Of a stretch of DNA of 43,266 bases, positions 30,336-41,067 are shown piece after piece; within the stretch, counting starts at the first letter, position 1, and the number at the start of each line of letters is the position of its first letter. The DNA comes from Bodo saltans (lineage: Eukaryota). A model generated the notes under the pieces. It was not told the DNA's origin, ran no database searches, and saw only the letters and a list, made by a program, of their open reading frames with translations. The position numbers and the translations under genes were made by a program. The stretch spans positions 1 through 43,266 of the forward strand of contig CYKH01000631.1 in the NCBI GenBank assembly GCA_001460835.1, in the 5' to 3' direction.

Positions 30336-30455
30336 TTGCCCACATGGTGATTACATTGAGTGGGTGAGTAACGTTGCGATACCGTGGTTTCGTTTCTTCT
30401 TAAGTTTTCGATCTTCCGTCGCAGCAAAGGGAAGAGGAAAACAATTCAATGTCAA

Positions 30456-31211
30456 ATGGAAATAACAGCGGACACACACTACTCTACGTACAAAATAAAC
30501 ACACATACCGTTCCTACGATTGTTGGTGACGCTGTTCATGAAAAGTATTTGAAATTGCTCCTTGTTGTGTTGATAAGTGACAAGATGCCGATTGATCAAC
30601 CCTTCCGGCAGCGTTACGAGGGGTATTTTAACGAGCGACGAAGCCAAGCCCCAAAGTTCTCCACTGCTAGTCGCAACACGTTGCTCACACCATACCACTT
30701 TGGCGGCGGCTTTGGAACAGAACCGAAGGCTCCCCACAATGTGACGGCGACTCCAGTGGGCCCTCGATCGTACACGCCCACGACACGACATACGCCATCG
30801 GCTACATTTGGCACAGCTCGTCGAACTGATGTCTTTGGGAGCAACATCAGCGGTGTCGCCGAAAGGAGCGCCTCCCCTGCAGCATCCAGTAGGAGGCCGC
30901 AGACTGGTGCCGTTGGCTATCGGCAGCAATCGTTTCGTCATCAATCTCCTCAACGAGGTCACGAAGACTCTCTTCGTTTTCCTGGCCCGCAGTCTTACAA
31001 AACGAAGAGGTCCGACTTTGAGATCGCAAGGCCGATCGCAAAAGACCTTCACGCACTTAACGCAAAGTTTGCTCATGACGGCACTCATACGCCCCGACAC
31101 TACATCCCTGGTAGCAAAGGCGGTGCGATTCCACGCTCTCCTAGACTTACTACGACTCCGCTGAACACTCCTGGCCCAGCAGCGTACCACCCACGCTACG
31201 GCCTTGTGTAA
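30456..31211 (+). CDS. STPGR/SHIPPO-repeat (sperm-tail PG-rich, ODF3-like) protein, putative; alternative start ATG 30585
   Basis: Repeated P-G-P-x-x-Y / 'PGS..G..P' motifs ('VGPRSYTP', 'FPGPQSYK', 'IPGSKGGAIP', 'TPGPAAYHP'). Track ORF starts at GTG 30384. Confidence 0.35.
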   Translation: MEITADTHYSTYKINTHTVPTIVGDAVHEKYLKLLLVVLISDKMPIDQPFRQRYEGYFNERRSQAPKFSTASRNTLLTPYHFGGGFGTEPKAPHNVTATPVGPRSYTPTTRHTPSATFGTARRTDVFGSNISGVAERSASPAASSRRPQTGAVGYRQQSFRHQSPQRGHEDSLRFPGPQSYKTKRSDFEIARPIAKDLHALNAKFAHDGTHTPRHYIPGSKGGAIPRSPRLTTTPLNTPGPAAYHPRYGLV

Positions 31212-31342
31212 CCTGTACACCCATCACAAACCATTTCTCAAGAGACGTTGTTAGTCGAGAAGTGTGACGAATTTGGAAGCGACTTTTTTTGTTTATTTCT
31301 CGCCCTTCGTATTAGATTCAAGTTGCAGACAGCAAATATTTA

Positions 31343-32539
31343 ATGTCATCTTGCGAAGCTTGTGGGACATCCCCAGCGGAACTCCAGTGCCCGAAGTGCA
31401 AGGAAGTTGGGCTTCCGCCTTCACTATTCTGCTCACAGGCCTGTTTCAAGAAAGCGTGGGGACAACACAAGGAAAAGCACAGCATGTCGGCCTCCTGCAC
31501 GATCAAGACAATGAATGACACAGCAAAAATATCCTTTAATTTCACTGGGCCCCTTCGCCCAGGTTTGATCACTCCCCGCCGATTCGTCCCTCCCGCGATT
31601 GTAAGACCCGACTATGCCCTCAGCAAAGACGGCATCAGTCTTACTGAGCAGAAGTCGTACAACACCAACAGGCCAATTAAGAACAGCGCCGAACAGGTTG
31701 AGGCAATTCGGAAGGCCGCTCGACATACGCGCGACGTGCTTGATGTCGCCATTCGTGCTGCAGTCCCTGGTGTGACGACTGACGCAGTTGACCGTGCCGT
31801 GCACGATGCCTTCGTGGAGCGTGGCGTCTACCCCTCCACCCTGGGGTACATGAAGTTCCCCAAGAGTTGCTGCACAAGTCTCAATGAAGTCGTTTGCCAC
31901 GGCATTCCTGACTCAACGGTGCTGCAGGAAGGAGATATTGTGAATCTTGACATCTCTGGGTTCGTTGGTGGTGCTCATGGCGACTGCAACGAGACGATCT
32001 TCGTTGGGAAGCCCACCGAAGAGTCTGTGCGGCTTGTGCACACAACGTACGTCTGCACGATGGCCGGCATTGCCATGTGCCGCCCTGGTGCCATGTACAA
32101 GCACATTGGCGACACAATTGCACCGATCGCAGAGGGTCAGGGGTATGGCGTCGTGCGCAGCGTCTGTGGCCACGGCATCGGTGAATTGTTTCATTGCCCT
32201 CCAAACGTGTCTCACTACGCAAACAACAAAGCAGTAGGCCAAATGGCTATCAATCATGTCTTCACCGTCGAACCTATGATCAACGCCGGCACGTGGAAGG
32301 ACGTCAGCTGGCCGGACGACTGGACGCTGGTCACACTCGACGGAAAACGATCCGCTCAATTTGAACACATGGTCCTCATTACATCTGCAGGCAACGAAAT
32401 TCTGACGCTGAGCAACTCATGGGATAAGCCATACTACCAAGTGCAGCTGGAAGAGTGGGGGATTCCCCTACCAGAAATCATCAAGGTAACGGCCGCTGCC
32501 GAAGTTGTTGAGAAGGCCCCACAAACGATGGCTGAGTAA
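31343..32539 (+). CDS. methionine aminopeptidase type 1 with N-terminal MYND-like zinc finger
   Basis: 'CEACGTSPAELQCPKCKEVGLPPSLFCSQACFKKAWGQHKEKH' zinc finger. Pita-bread core with 'HGIPD', 'DISGFVGGAHGDCNETIFVG', 'GHGIGELFHCPPNV', 'FTVEPMINAGT'. Confidence 0.9.
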   Translation: MSSCEACGTSPAELQCPKCKEVGLPPSLFCSQACFKKAWGQHKEKHSMSASCTIKTMNDTAKISFNFTGPLRPGLITPRRFVPPAIVRPDYALSKDGISLTEQKSYNTNRPIKNSAEQVEAIRKAARHTRDVLDVAIRAAVPGVTTDAVDRAVHDAFVERGVYPSTLGYMKFPKSCCTSLNEVVCHGIPDSTVLQEGDIVNLDISGFVGGAHGDCNETIFVGKPTEESVRLVHTTYVCTMAGIAMCRPGAMYKHIGDTIAPIAEGQGYGVVRSVCGHGIGELFHCPPNVSHYANNKAVGQMAINHVFTVEPMINAGTWKDVSWPDDWTLVTLDGKRSAQFEHMVLITSAGNEILTLSNSWDKPYYQVQLEEWGIPLPEIIKVTAAAEVVEKAPQTMAE

Positions 32540-32652
32540 TTCGATTAACATGATGACTTCTCATTTAACACTCGCTCATTCTACTTGCAAATACATGAGT
32601 TTTTCCCGTTTTCCCTGTTTATTTTTATCTCTCAGTCAAACAACAAACGTCA

Positions 32653-34980
32653 ATGCACCGATCGAATCTACTTGGAGAGAGCAATGCAGGCGGTCTATTG
32701 AACGGGCGCTACCAGCTGCTTGAGATTATTGGCAAGGGCGCCAACGCAGTTGTGTATCGTGCAACGGACATCACCGCTGCCCGTGGTGCTACGCCAACGG
32801 TAGCGCTAAAGAAAATTATTCAAAAAGGCATAGGACGTGGAGCGGAAAGCGATGACGTCGCACATTGGCGTCGAGAAGCAGATCTCTTAAAATCTCTTCA
32901 CCACCCCAACATCGTCCAATATTTTGATGACTTTGTCGATGAGGAGGGGAACATGTACATCGCTATGGAATACGCTGCTCAGGGCTCTCTTCTTTCACAA
33001 ATTAAGCGCGTGCCACTTGCAGAAGAAGTCGCCGCCCCGTTCCTGTTTCAGACCTTATGCGGCCTTTCGTATCTTCATCGACGAAAAGTGATTCACCGCG
33101 ACATAAAAGCAGCAAACATTCTGCTCGGAGAGTCCGGCGTCGCAAAGCTTACCGATTTTGGGCTTGCAACACCGACTGAAGCAACCGGACAAAAGATGGA
33201 ACAGCTCACGATGCTGGTAGGGTCTGTGTACTGGATGTCCCCGGAAAGCATCTCGAAGGGTATCCAAAGTGAATCAGGCGACGTGTGGTCCGTGGGCTGC
33301 ACGGCGATTGAGCTCGTCACAGGAGTCCCACCCTTCTTTGACCGCACTCCGGTGAATGCCTTGTACCACATCGCCGAGAGCACTGAGTCGCCAGTACCAA
33401 ACACTGTGTCGGAGCTTATGCAGGATTTCCTTGCATGCTGTCTCCAGCGCAACCCTGATGTGCGCGCAAAACTGACAGAACTCGTGCACCACGAGTGGTT
33501 CGCCTCTTGTGGCGTAGACACAAGTGTTGTCCCGGATGGTGACCTTGCATCTTTGCTGTCAACCACGCACAATTCTAGTGGGTCTCCGGCTGGAGGGGCG
33601 GTGTCGTCGATTGCACAAGAAGTGGAGCGTTATTTATTTGGCGATCGCTTAGCAGAACGTGAAGATTGGCTGAAGAGCGGAGGCTTAGCGACTGCAGTGA
33701 ATGCGCTGACAACCATTACAGCCGAAGACAGCTATCGAATTGTGCGGAGTTTGGCATTCGAGTCCCAACGAGCAGCGTCGGAATCATCTGTCTTCTTTGA
33801 ATCGCTTGGAGACACAGAGTTCTGGGGACTAGATTTGGTCGTGTTAGCCACGATGGATACTGTTGCCACACTATTTAGTGACTGCTGTGACCATCAGCCT
33901 CCCACTTGCCGAAACTATGCACCGTCACACAAGCACGCCCTTCAACTTGTGTTGCGGTCTAGTGACGTTGGTCCGCAGTGCATCTCCGCACTTCACCGAC
34001 TTTTGGTCTGTCGCTTGGATGGAGAGGCATCGGCATCAACAGACGCTCCGAAGAATCGTCGTGAGCTTCGCCACTCCTCGATGTACATCGCTCCCACTGT
34101 GTCCACAGATGCGGCTCGTGTTAGATTTCTTGCCGACGACGGGATCGCCGTACTTCGGGATATTGTGCAGAGTATGTGCCTCCAAGCATTCCGAGAAAAG
34201 ACGGAGCCACTTGTTCGCTGGGAGAACATTGATAAGCTTTTGGAAATCGTCTTATCCTTTGCACCGGCTGCAGGGAGCGATCAGGAGGACAACCTGCCCA
34301 CCATGGGCGACAATTGGCTGATTGCTGTGCAGGAGGCCTGCATGCATAATTGTCCCTCCGCACTGCATCTCCTGATGTACTCCATCGACTCACGTGACGG
34401 CATTGTGTCGGGAGAGCGCGTCATTGTGGGCCGACTCATTTCGGTAGGCTCACAGCCCCTCCTCGATTACGAGACGAGACTGAAGGTGGCTGAGTGCCTC
34501 CCAAGGCTGCAGGCGCAGTACCCAGAGGCCTCCAAGGCGTTATGCGACGTACACGGCAATATCCCGCTGATTACGCACATGATGCGCCACGCTCCTCCAT
34601 CCGGCTCGGTGGATTCGATGTTGTCTGTCCTCACTGCATTATGTGAGTCAGGGGATATGGCAGAGGCTTGTGCATCGTACGACGGAATGCTGACGCTAGT
34701 AATTCAGAAGATCTTAGAGGCCCAACAACGCGGGTCCCCGCAGTGCCTAGACCGCAGCTTGCGGCTCACAGAACTGCTTTTTAGTCGAGCACCCCATCCT
34801 GAGTGGTTTGTGACATCCAGGCAACTTACCCAGCGGCTGATTGAGATTATAGGTACGCCCAGCCTTAACGTTGAATCTTCAGGCAATCCTGAAAGTGCGG
34901 ATGCGAAGTGCAGAACGTCAGCAGTAACACGTGCAAAGAGACTGCTCAATGCGTTGGCAGCGCAATCCATTAGCGTGTAG
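32653..34980 (+). CDS. serine/threonine protein kinase, STE-group-like (Cdc15/MAP3K-epsilon-like) with long C-terminal helical-repeat region
   Basis: 'IGKGANAVVYRA...ALKKI', 'HRDIKAANILL', 'DFGLATP', 'WMSPE', 'DVWSVGCTAIEL'. About 500 aa of C-terminal ARM/HEAT-like helices. Confidence 0.75.
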   Translation: MHRSNLLGESNAGGLLNGRYQLLEIIGKGANAVVYRATDITAARGATPTVALKKIIQKGIGRGAESDDVAHWRREADLLKSLHHPNIVQYFDDFVDEEGNMYIAMEYAAQGSLLSQIKRVPLAEEVAAPFLFQTLCGLSYLHRRKVIHRDIKAANILLGESGVAKLTDFGLATPTEATGQKMEQLTMLVGSVYWMSPESISKGIQSESGDVWSVGCTAIELVTGVPPFFDRTPVNALYHIAESTESPVPNTVSELMQDFLACCLQRNPDVRAKLTELVHHEWFASCGVDTSVVPDGDLASLLSTTHNSSGSPAGGAVSSIAQEVERYLFGDRLAEREDWLKSGGLATAVNALTTITAEDSYRIVRSLAFESQRAASESSVFFESLGDTEFWGLDLVVLATMDTVATLFSDCCDHQPPTCRNYAPSHKHALQLVLRSSDVGPQCISALHRLLVCRLDGEASASTDAPKNRRELRHSSMYIAPTVSTDAARVRFLADDGIAVLRDIVQSMCLQAFREKTEPLVRWENIDKLLEIVLSFAPAAGSDQEDNLPTMGDNWLIAVQEACMHNCPSALHLLMYSIDSRDGIVSGERVIVGRLISVGSQPLLDYETRLKVAECLPRLQAQYPEASKALCDVHGNIPLITHMMRHAPPSGSVDSMLSVLTALCESGDMAEACASYDGMLTLVIQKILEAQQRGSPQCLDRSLRLTELLFSRAPHPEWFVTSRQLTQRLIEIIGTPSLNVESSGNPESADAKCRTSAVTRAKRLLNALAAQSISV

Positions 34981-35021
34981 AGTGTTCGAGATACAATTTT
35001 GTGCGTCACTTAGCTTTTCTA

Positions 35022-36968
35022 ATGATGTTGTTGCTGCTACTCATTGCATTCTCATCGTTTCTGTGTGATAGTGTTGCAGAGATGCAAAAAGAAAGTGATC
35101 GCCCCTCGTGGATGCGTGATGTCAAGCGCAAGTTGCAGCGCGAGATGTTGATCAAACAAGCCCAGCCGGGTATGGCGACTCAATCAAAAGTTCACTACGC
35201 GTTGCAACTCCGACGACGCAATGAAACCTTCCGAGCCAACGCACCGCCCATTGCGTCAGAGTACTCGCCGACCATCATTCCATTCTCAGGAGAAGAAGTC
35301 AAACATTTCAACGGAACTATCCGCCCCTCAGGCAGCCAAAAGATTCCCCTCGACTCTCTGGGACGCACAGCTCCCTTGTCGATGGCTCCCACAGGAAGGT
35401 CTAAGCTTGCTGATGCAGTAGGAAGGCACATGGCAGGGAAGGGCTTCGATGCTCTGACCTCGCAAATGTTGACGTCGTACATGCTAGAGCATCCCGCGGC
35501 AGTGGAGCAGCTGCGCAAGGAACTCAAAGCAGAACGAAACGTGCATCGCAAGGAGAGAGCGCTGCAGGCAGCCGGTCACAAGCACGTCTATCCAGAGGAA
35601 TTACTTTTTGGTGGCCGCACCACTGCGTTCCCAAAAGCACCAATGGAAGAGTCTGCAAAAGACTTGACGTCCACAAGAACAGGTGGACCCTCAAAGATTT
35701 TGGAAGATTGTGCCACGACGATTGAGGAGGAGCGCTTTGAGCTACGGCCCGTTGTCATATTTCGCGAAGGCTTTGCCAAATCTGTGTCACATCGCGTCAG
35801 CCAAGTGCCCTCGACTACGGAGGGCCGCGCCTTTCTGGGAGACTTCTTTCCAACGTATGTGTGCCAGGGCATTCCAGTGACATTTGATCCGCCAACCGTG
35901 GCGACTCTCACCGCTCAAAGCGGCCGAGCAACAGACGCAGTCGTGGCCCAACAGACAGAAGATTTCGGCACATTGGAGTTCATGCCCATCCTTGAGGAAG
36001 TGCACGCATTGAGAGCACAGTATGCCGCTCACGTCTCAGAGGCAATTCACCCCCCTCGTCGATCGCCCACCCCCCAGCCATCAGGCGCTAAAGACACGCG
36101 GCCACGTCTAGAACCTGAGGAGCTGGACATGATGGAACTCCAACTAAGCCGCGCTGCAGACTCACAAGTAGAAAAGCGGCACAATCCCATTGCACGTGTT
36201 GTCGAGGCCCCTGAGGGGCTTCTGAAACAACTGCTGAGGGAAGTAGACTCGGACAGCGAAGGCAGCGAGGACGAGTTAGTCGATCAACGGTGCGTCATTT
36301 GTCACACCGCCAACGCCGAGGATCACTCAACCGGACCAGGCGGAAAGCTACGAAGCCTCAAGAGAGTTCCAAAGAGCAGCCTTGGCAGCAGCAACCGTGC
36401 CGCGGAGGCACTCCTTCGATGGAAAGCAATTCATCAGTTGTCTCAAGTGGATGCAAACGCATCGCTGAACTCACTTCTCATGTCGCGCGATGAACAAAGT
36501 CGAATAGTACGGCAGAATTTGAAGTCCCTAGCTGAAGTCTCCGAGAAGGCGAAACGAGACGCTGAGGGATGGCTGCGATCACGAAGCGGCGCGTCGCCAA
36601 CGCCCAACAACAGTTGTTGGACAGGGCCCTGTCATCGTATCGTTCAGCAACGAATTCGATGGCAAAGTTGCGTCAAGTTTTGGGATCGGCTGATTCAGTT
36701 TCTCGGCCTCTTGCAGTGGCCCCAGACGGAGAGCCAACTAGAGCTCATCCAAACACTTCAGACTATCATCGAAGGCCAGGGATACTTATCTCCCTGCACA
36801 TTGTTATTCTGGTTACATGCCAGTGGCCCACAGCTTTGTAAAGTGCGCGAGTATTATCGTGTGTTGGTATATGTTCGTGCAGCCCTTGGACTTCCCCATC
36901 GAGTGCTCCAAGCATGGGTGAAGCTTCCGTCGGTGCGTTCTGCCGGCTTTGATCTCGCATCGGACTAA
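35022..36968 (+). CDS. hypothetical protein with hydrophobic N-terminus (signal/anchor-like 'MMLLLLLIAFSSFLC')
   Basis: Track ORF starts at GTG 35001. First ATG is at 35022. Long intact ORF, no domain recognised. Confidence 0.45.
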   Translation: MMLLLLLIAFSSFLCDSVAEMQKESDRPSWMRDVKRKLQREMLIKQAQPGMATQSKVHYALQLRRRNETFRANAPPIASEYSPTIIPFSGEEVKHFNGTIRPSGSQKIPLDSLGRTAPLSMAPTGRSKLADAVGRHMAGKGFDALTSQMLTSYMLEHPAAVEQLRKELKAERNVHRKERALQAAGHKHVYPEELLFGGRTTAFPKAPMEESAKDLTSTRTGGPSKILEDCATTIEEERFELRPVVIFREGFAKSVSHRVSQVPSTTEGRAFLGDFFPTYVCQGIPVTFDPPTVATLTAQSGRATDAVVAQQTEDFGTLEFMPILEEVHALRAQYAAHVSEAIHPPRRSPTPQPSGAKDTRPRLEPEELDMMELQLSRAADSQVEKRHNPIARVVEAPEGLLKQLLREVDSDSEGSEDELVDQRCVICHTANAEDHSTGPGGKLRSLKRVPKSSLGSSNRAAEALLRWKAIHQLSQVDANASLNSLLMSRDEQSRIVRQNLKSLAEVSEKAKRDAEGWLRSRSGASPTPNNSCWTGPCHRIVQQRIRWQSCVKFWDRLIQFLGLLQWPQTESQLELIQTLQTIIEGQGYLSPCTLLFWLHASGPQLCKVREYYRVLVYVRAALGLPHRVLQAWVKLPSVRSAGFDLASD

Positions 36969-37098
36969 CACAACACATTGTATTGTAGAGTGAACGACAA
37001 GCGACACATTTTTTGAACATTTTGGGACCCTCACGCGGGCGTTTCCTTCATATTAGAGGCTTCTCCTTCAAAAATACAAAGAAGATATCGCAGCAAGA

Positions 37099-39294
37099 AT
37101 GAGCGGAGCAGCACTGCAAGATCGCCGCGCACGCATTCGCAATCAAATGCGTGAGTTTTACCAGTTTGAGGGTACTGGATCTCCAGGCCGCCAGGCGGCG
37201 CCGAAAAAGAGTGAAGGCCCAGCGGACTTGGACCTTGACAGCGAAGTGTTCGATGTGCAGAAGTACACCACTAACCTTTTGCAGCGTGAGTCGCTTCGTG
37301 GTTTGGTCGAGGCTGACACTGAGCTACTTCGTAAAGTTCGCAGCTTGGACGGTGAGTTGCAAGACCTGGTCTACAAAAACTATTCGAAGTTCATTTCTGC
37401 AACCGACACGATACGTCAGATGAAAGAGAATGTCAGTGATATGGACTCGAAGCTGAAGGCATTGTCCTCCAACGTCTCGAACATTGACTCTGTCTCCCGC
37501 ACCATCACCGACAACCTCCAAACGCATCGCACGAAGCTTGAGGAGATGCTTGTTGTGAACAAAATGTTGCGAAAGGTGCACTTCCTGCTTGAACTACCTG
37601 AACGACTGAGCCGATTTATCGAGATGAAGAATTACCACCAGGCGGTCAAGTTTTGGGTTGCTGGTGATGCTGTCCTTAGCAAATACCAGCATATGACCAC
37701 CTTCACCAAGACACGCGAGTTGTGCACAGCAGCAGCGTTACAGCTCTACAAGGCGTTGGAAGAGGCCGTGTCTCGGGTGTCTATCTTAGACCCAGAATCT
37801 CTCAACTCTGCACGAAAGCACATTGAAGACATGCGGCTGCTACGCTCGACATCCATTTTCAGCAACGAAGGTGCGGATGACTCGTTCTACGATGAACTCC
37901 GAGTTTCTGTGCTGGCAGTGTGCAAGCAGCATCTGGCAACAGCGGTCGACGAGGCGATTGCCCTTCTCAAGCCTTTCACTGGACCTCAAGACCGTGCAGC
38001 GATTTCCATTGATCAACAGTTCCACACAGCCTCCCAGCGCCTTCAAACAGTTCGCAACGTATGCCAGCTCATTAAGAGCGCGTTTTCTTCGTACAGCATC
38101 TCCTGCGAGCACAGTTACGACTTGGTCTCTCAGCTGGAGGACGCCGACGGCGATGATCACCTTCACGAACATATTTCACGTGAAGCACCACCGCTGCTTG
38201 ACAGCACCATGCACAGCACGTTCTTTGTCTTGGAGCAAATGCTTGTTCGTGTGGTGGAGAACTTAGTGGCATGCCCCTTTGATGCACCGACAGGTTCCGA
38301 TGCATTCAGTGCTGCGGCGGTTGTGTTTGCAGAACGAGTGGAGAATATTTTAAGCACTGATGCCAAGTCCCTCAAAGTCGTCCATCAAGCATTCCGCTCC
38401 ATTGCAGCAATACTGGGCCTACCTGCAAATTACGGCCTTAAGTCCCTTTCCACAATGGGAAGTACCATAGCTGTGTCGGTTGCCGAAGTCCTGCAGACAA
38501 CGTTAGATAACGTCACAGCCCCCAGCAGTCTTCTTGTTGCAGGCTTGATAGGCCGCCTAGTCCCTGATGTAGTTGTGGGCGATCTTTCCGTGACGTTCCA
38601 GTTGGACGACGCCACCGTGAATCAATCCGTGCGCTCCACCACAAAGAAGCTTCTGCAGTCGTACGTTGCTGCTAAGGGAGATTCACTCCTCCCCACGACC
38701 TTCGGCAGCGGCCCACGTGTCTCGGATGAGGCTGTTGCTCTGGCAGCCTCTATTCGAAACACTGCAACGCTTCATCGGGCCTGGTTCCCACAGGTAGACG
38801 AGGGGAATGTCAAGCACGAACGTACACACAGCACCGCATCGAACAGTGGAGTGCCAGCAGTCGAGGTGGTAAAAAAGGAACACGCCCCGTCTGTCAATGG
38901 TGCCACGATTATCCAGTCGCTCCGAACTGGGCGGAAGTCACATCAACAGATCGGCTCAGATACCGATCGTTCTTTGTCCAAAGCAACTGCGATCCTCACA
39001 ACAGCACCCTCGCCCCTAGAAGGCACTGCTCTTACGGAGGCACTTCTGACCCATATTGCCAAAGGCTACCAGGAGAAGCTTCGTGCGACTCAAGCAGTTC
39101 CTCAATCTCTGCTTCAATGCATTCACTGCGACTTGGCCTACTTGTTAGTTGCATTCCATAGCCTTGCGGTGCAGAAAGAACAATTGATCACTTCGCTCAT
39201 TCAGGAGGCACTGTTTTCCGCAGTGGACCGGTCAAGCGGGAGTCAGCCTTTGACTGCAGACGAAGTTGTTGCGGCAGTAGCTGCTCGACGCTGA
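37099..39294 (+). CDS. Vps51/Dor1-family tethering-complex subunit (GARP/COG-like), putative
   Basis: The N-terminus 'DSEVFDVQKYTTNLLQRESLRGLVEADTELLRKVRSLDGELQDLVYKNYSKFISATDTIRQM' matches the Vps51/Dor1 signature 'FD..Y...LL...L..L......I..LD...Q.LVY.NY.KFI.A.DTI..M'. Confidence 0.5.
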   Translation: MSGAALQDRRARIRNQMREFYQFEGTGSPGRQAAPKKSEGPADLDLDSEVFDVQKYTTNLLQRESLRGLVEADTELLRKVRSLDGELQDLVYKNYSKFISATDTIRQMKENVSDMDSKLKALSSNVSNIDSVSRTITDNLQTHRTKLEEMLVVNKMLRKVHFLLELPERLSRFIEMKNYHQAVKFWVAGDAVLSKYQHMTTFTKTRELCTAAALQLYKALEEAVSRVSILDPESLNSARKHIEDMRLLRSTSIFSNEGADDSFYDELRVSVLAVCKQHLATAVDEAIALLKPFTGPQDRAAISIDQQFHTASQRLQTVRNVCQLIKSAFSSYSISCEHSYDLVSQLEDADGDDHLHEHISREAPPLLDSTMHSTFFVLEQMLVRVVENLVACPFDAPTGSDAFSAAAVVFAERVENILSTDAKSLKVVHQAFRSIAAILGLPANYGLKSLSTMGSTIAVSVAEVLQTTLDNVTAPSSLLVAGLIGRLVPDVVVGDLSVTFQLDDATVNQSVRSTTKKLLQSYVAAKGDSLLPTTFGSGPRVSDEAVALAASIRNTATLHRAWFPQVDEGNVKHERTHSTASNSGVPAVEVVKKEHAPSVNGATIIQSLRTGRKSHQQIGSDTDRSLSKATAILTTAPSPLEGTALTEALLTHIAKGYQEKLRATQAVPQSLLQCIHCDLAYLLVAFHSLAVQKEQLITSLIQEALFSAVDRSSGSQPLTADEVVAAVAARR

Positions 39295-39419
39295 TGACGA
39301 AAGAACGCTAGGAAAATGCGATCACACGAAATTCAGTGATTATTTCGTCGACAATGTACAATGTTGCCAAATTTTGTCCTACATTCACAGGTTGTTTTGT
39401 TTCACTCATATTAAAGAAA

Positions 39420-40814
39420 ATGATGCGTGCTAGCCGTCCGAACGCAATTGCTCAATACAAGTTTGGGCAGCCTGCGTTGTCTAAGTCATTCGGTCCTCTC
39501 CCAAGGGAAAAGAAGGTCGCGGTTGACGGTGGCGTGAAGAAGACCACATTGGCAAACGGCGCCACGATCGTCTCTCATGACAAGGATGGTGGTCACAGCG
39601 CTCTTGGTTTCTACATCAATGCTGGTCCTAAGTCCGATCCTCTTGCCATTCCCGGTTTGAGCTACGTCATGCGCTTCGCGCTCTTGACGTCAAACTTTGA
39701 CAACTCCCTATTCCAAATTGATCGCGCCATGCGTTCCAATGGTTATGCTTATGGCCACGGCGAAATCCGCAAGAAGTTTTTGGCCCTGAAGGCTGAGGGC
39801 CGCCGCGACCTGTGGCAAGCACCCTTCCAGCAGCTCGCCACGTGTGTTGCCGCCCCTCGCTTTGCTGAGCCTGACATTGAGCGCTTCCGTGATACGATGG
39901 ACAACCAGCGCTCTGAGCAACGGTGGCAAGTCCCGCGCGAGTACTCTGTGGACCAGCTCGAGACGGTCGCCTTCTTCAAGGAGCCCCTTGGAAGCCCCCG
40001 CCACGTCCCTGCGTACTCCAACGATAAGGCAAGTAGCGTTGCGCTGATGGACCATTACGCGTCGCTCATCACGCCAGCAAATGTCACAATCGCTGCAGTG
40101 AACATCAATCACGAGGAGCTTGTTGCCGCGTATGAGACGCAGGCCTTCCCTCACTCGGCATCGGCACCCCACCACGCCAATGCCACCAAGGTGACCGTTT
40201 CCGACAAGGACGAGGCTGCTCAGTTCCATGCCGGTCGCATGTTCACTGAGTACGAGAACCGCGCCAAGGAAATGGGTACCCGCCCTGACATGGAGGACGA
40301 CGTTGCTGCTGCCGTTGGGTGGCTGGCTAACGGCCGTGATTCATCGATTGCATCGTACGCTGCCTCCGTCGTGTACGCTGAGCTCCTTAGCGCCTCCCTC
40401 AAGGTTGGTGCGTCCTTCAATTCACAGACAACTCAAGGCCTCCGCTCTTTCTACCGTCCATACTCTTCGACTGGACTCGTTGGCTTCACTGCCTACGGCG
40501 CCCCCTCCGCAATCCCTCAGCTGCTCCGTGACGGTGCCGCAAAGATTGCTGCTCAATTAGATGAATCTGCTATCAATGGCGCGAAGGCACGTGCAGTAGT
40601 TCGAATTCAAAATGAGAACCTCGAAGTCGCTCGTGACTACGCGGATTTCCTTGGCACGTCAGCGAACTCTGCCGAAGAAATTTTCAGCGCAATTCAAAAT
40701 GTCAGTGCCGCTGATGTCAAGCGTGCTGCTGATTTGGCGCGCTCTGCAAAGCCCGCAGTATTTGCAACAGGGAAGACGCTGGACTTCCCTTCGTATGACG
40801 CTCTTAAGCTGTAG
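39420..40814 (+). CDS. M16-family (MPP-alpha / cytochrome bc1 core-like) non-catalytic subunit, mitochondrial; alternative start ATG 39354
   Basis: M16 fold with 'TTLANGATIVSHD...ALGFYINAGPKSDP'. The zinc site is replaced ('SYVMRFALL' instead of HxxEH). Presequence-like 'MMRASRPNAIAQYKF'. Confidence 0.5.
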   Translation: MMRASRPNAIAQYKFGQPALSKSFGPLPREKKVAVDGGVKKTTLANGATIVSHDKDGGHSALGFYINAGPKSDPLAIPGLSYVMRFALLTSNFDNSLFQIDRAMRSNGYAYGHGEIRKKFLALKAEGRRDLWQAPFQQLATCVAAPRFAEPDIERFRDTMDNQRSEQRWQVPREYSVDQLETVAFFKEPLGSPRHVPAYSNDKASSVALMDHYASLITPANVTIAAVNINHEELVAAYETQAFPHSASAPHHANATKVTVSDKDEAAQFHAGRMFTEYENRAKEMGTRPDMEDDVAAAVGWLANGRDSSIASYAASVVYAELLSASLKVGASFNSQTTQGLRSFYRPYSSTGLVGFTAYGAPSAIPQLLRDGAAKIAAQLDESAINGAKARAVVRIQNENLEVARDYADFLGTSANSAEEIFSAIQNVSAADVKRAADLARSAKPAVFATGKTLDFPSYDALKL

Positions 40815-41067
40815 TATGAATGTGAAGGGGGTGATTTTGTCATTTAGCTATTTTGGGATTTAGGGCCACACACAACGAGAGTACACTTTTCAACTTTACC
40901 ATGATCATGAGACCTTATGTTCACGTAAGCGCTGATATTTCTTGTGCTCGCAACCGTCTAAAAGATTCGAAGGTAAATTCACGGCAACCCTAAATACAAA
41001 CTCTAATAAGCAACCATATTACACACCCACCCCACATACTTTTTCCGTCCCCACCTATTCGTCGAAT

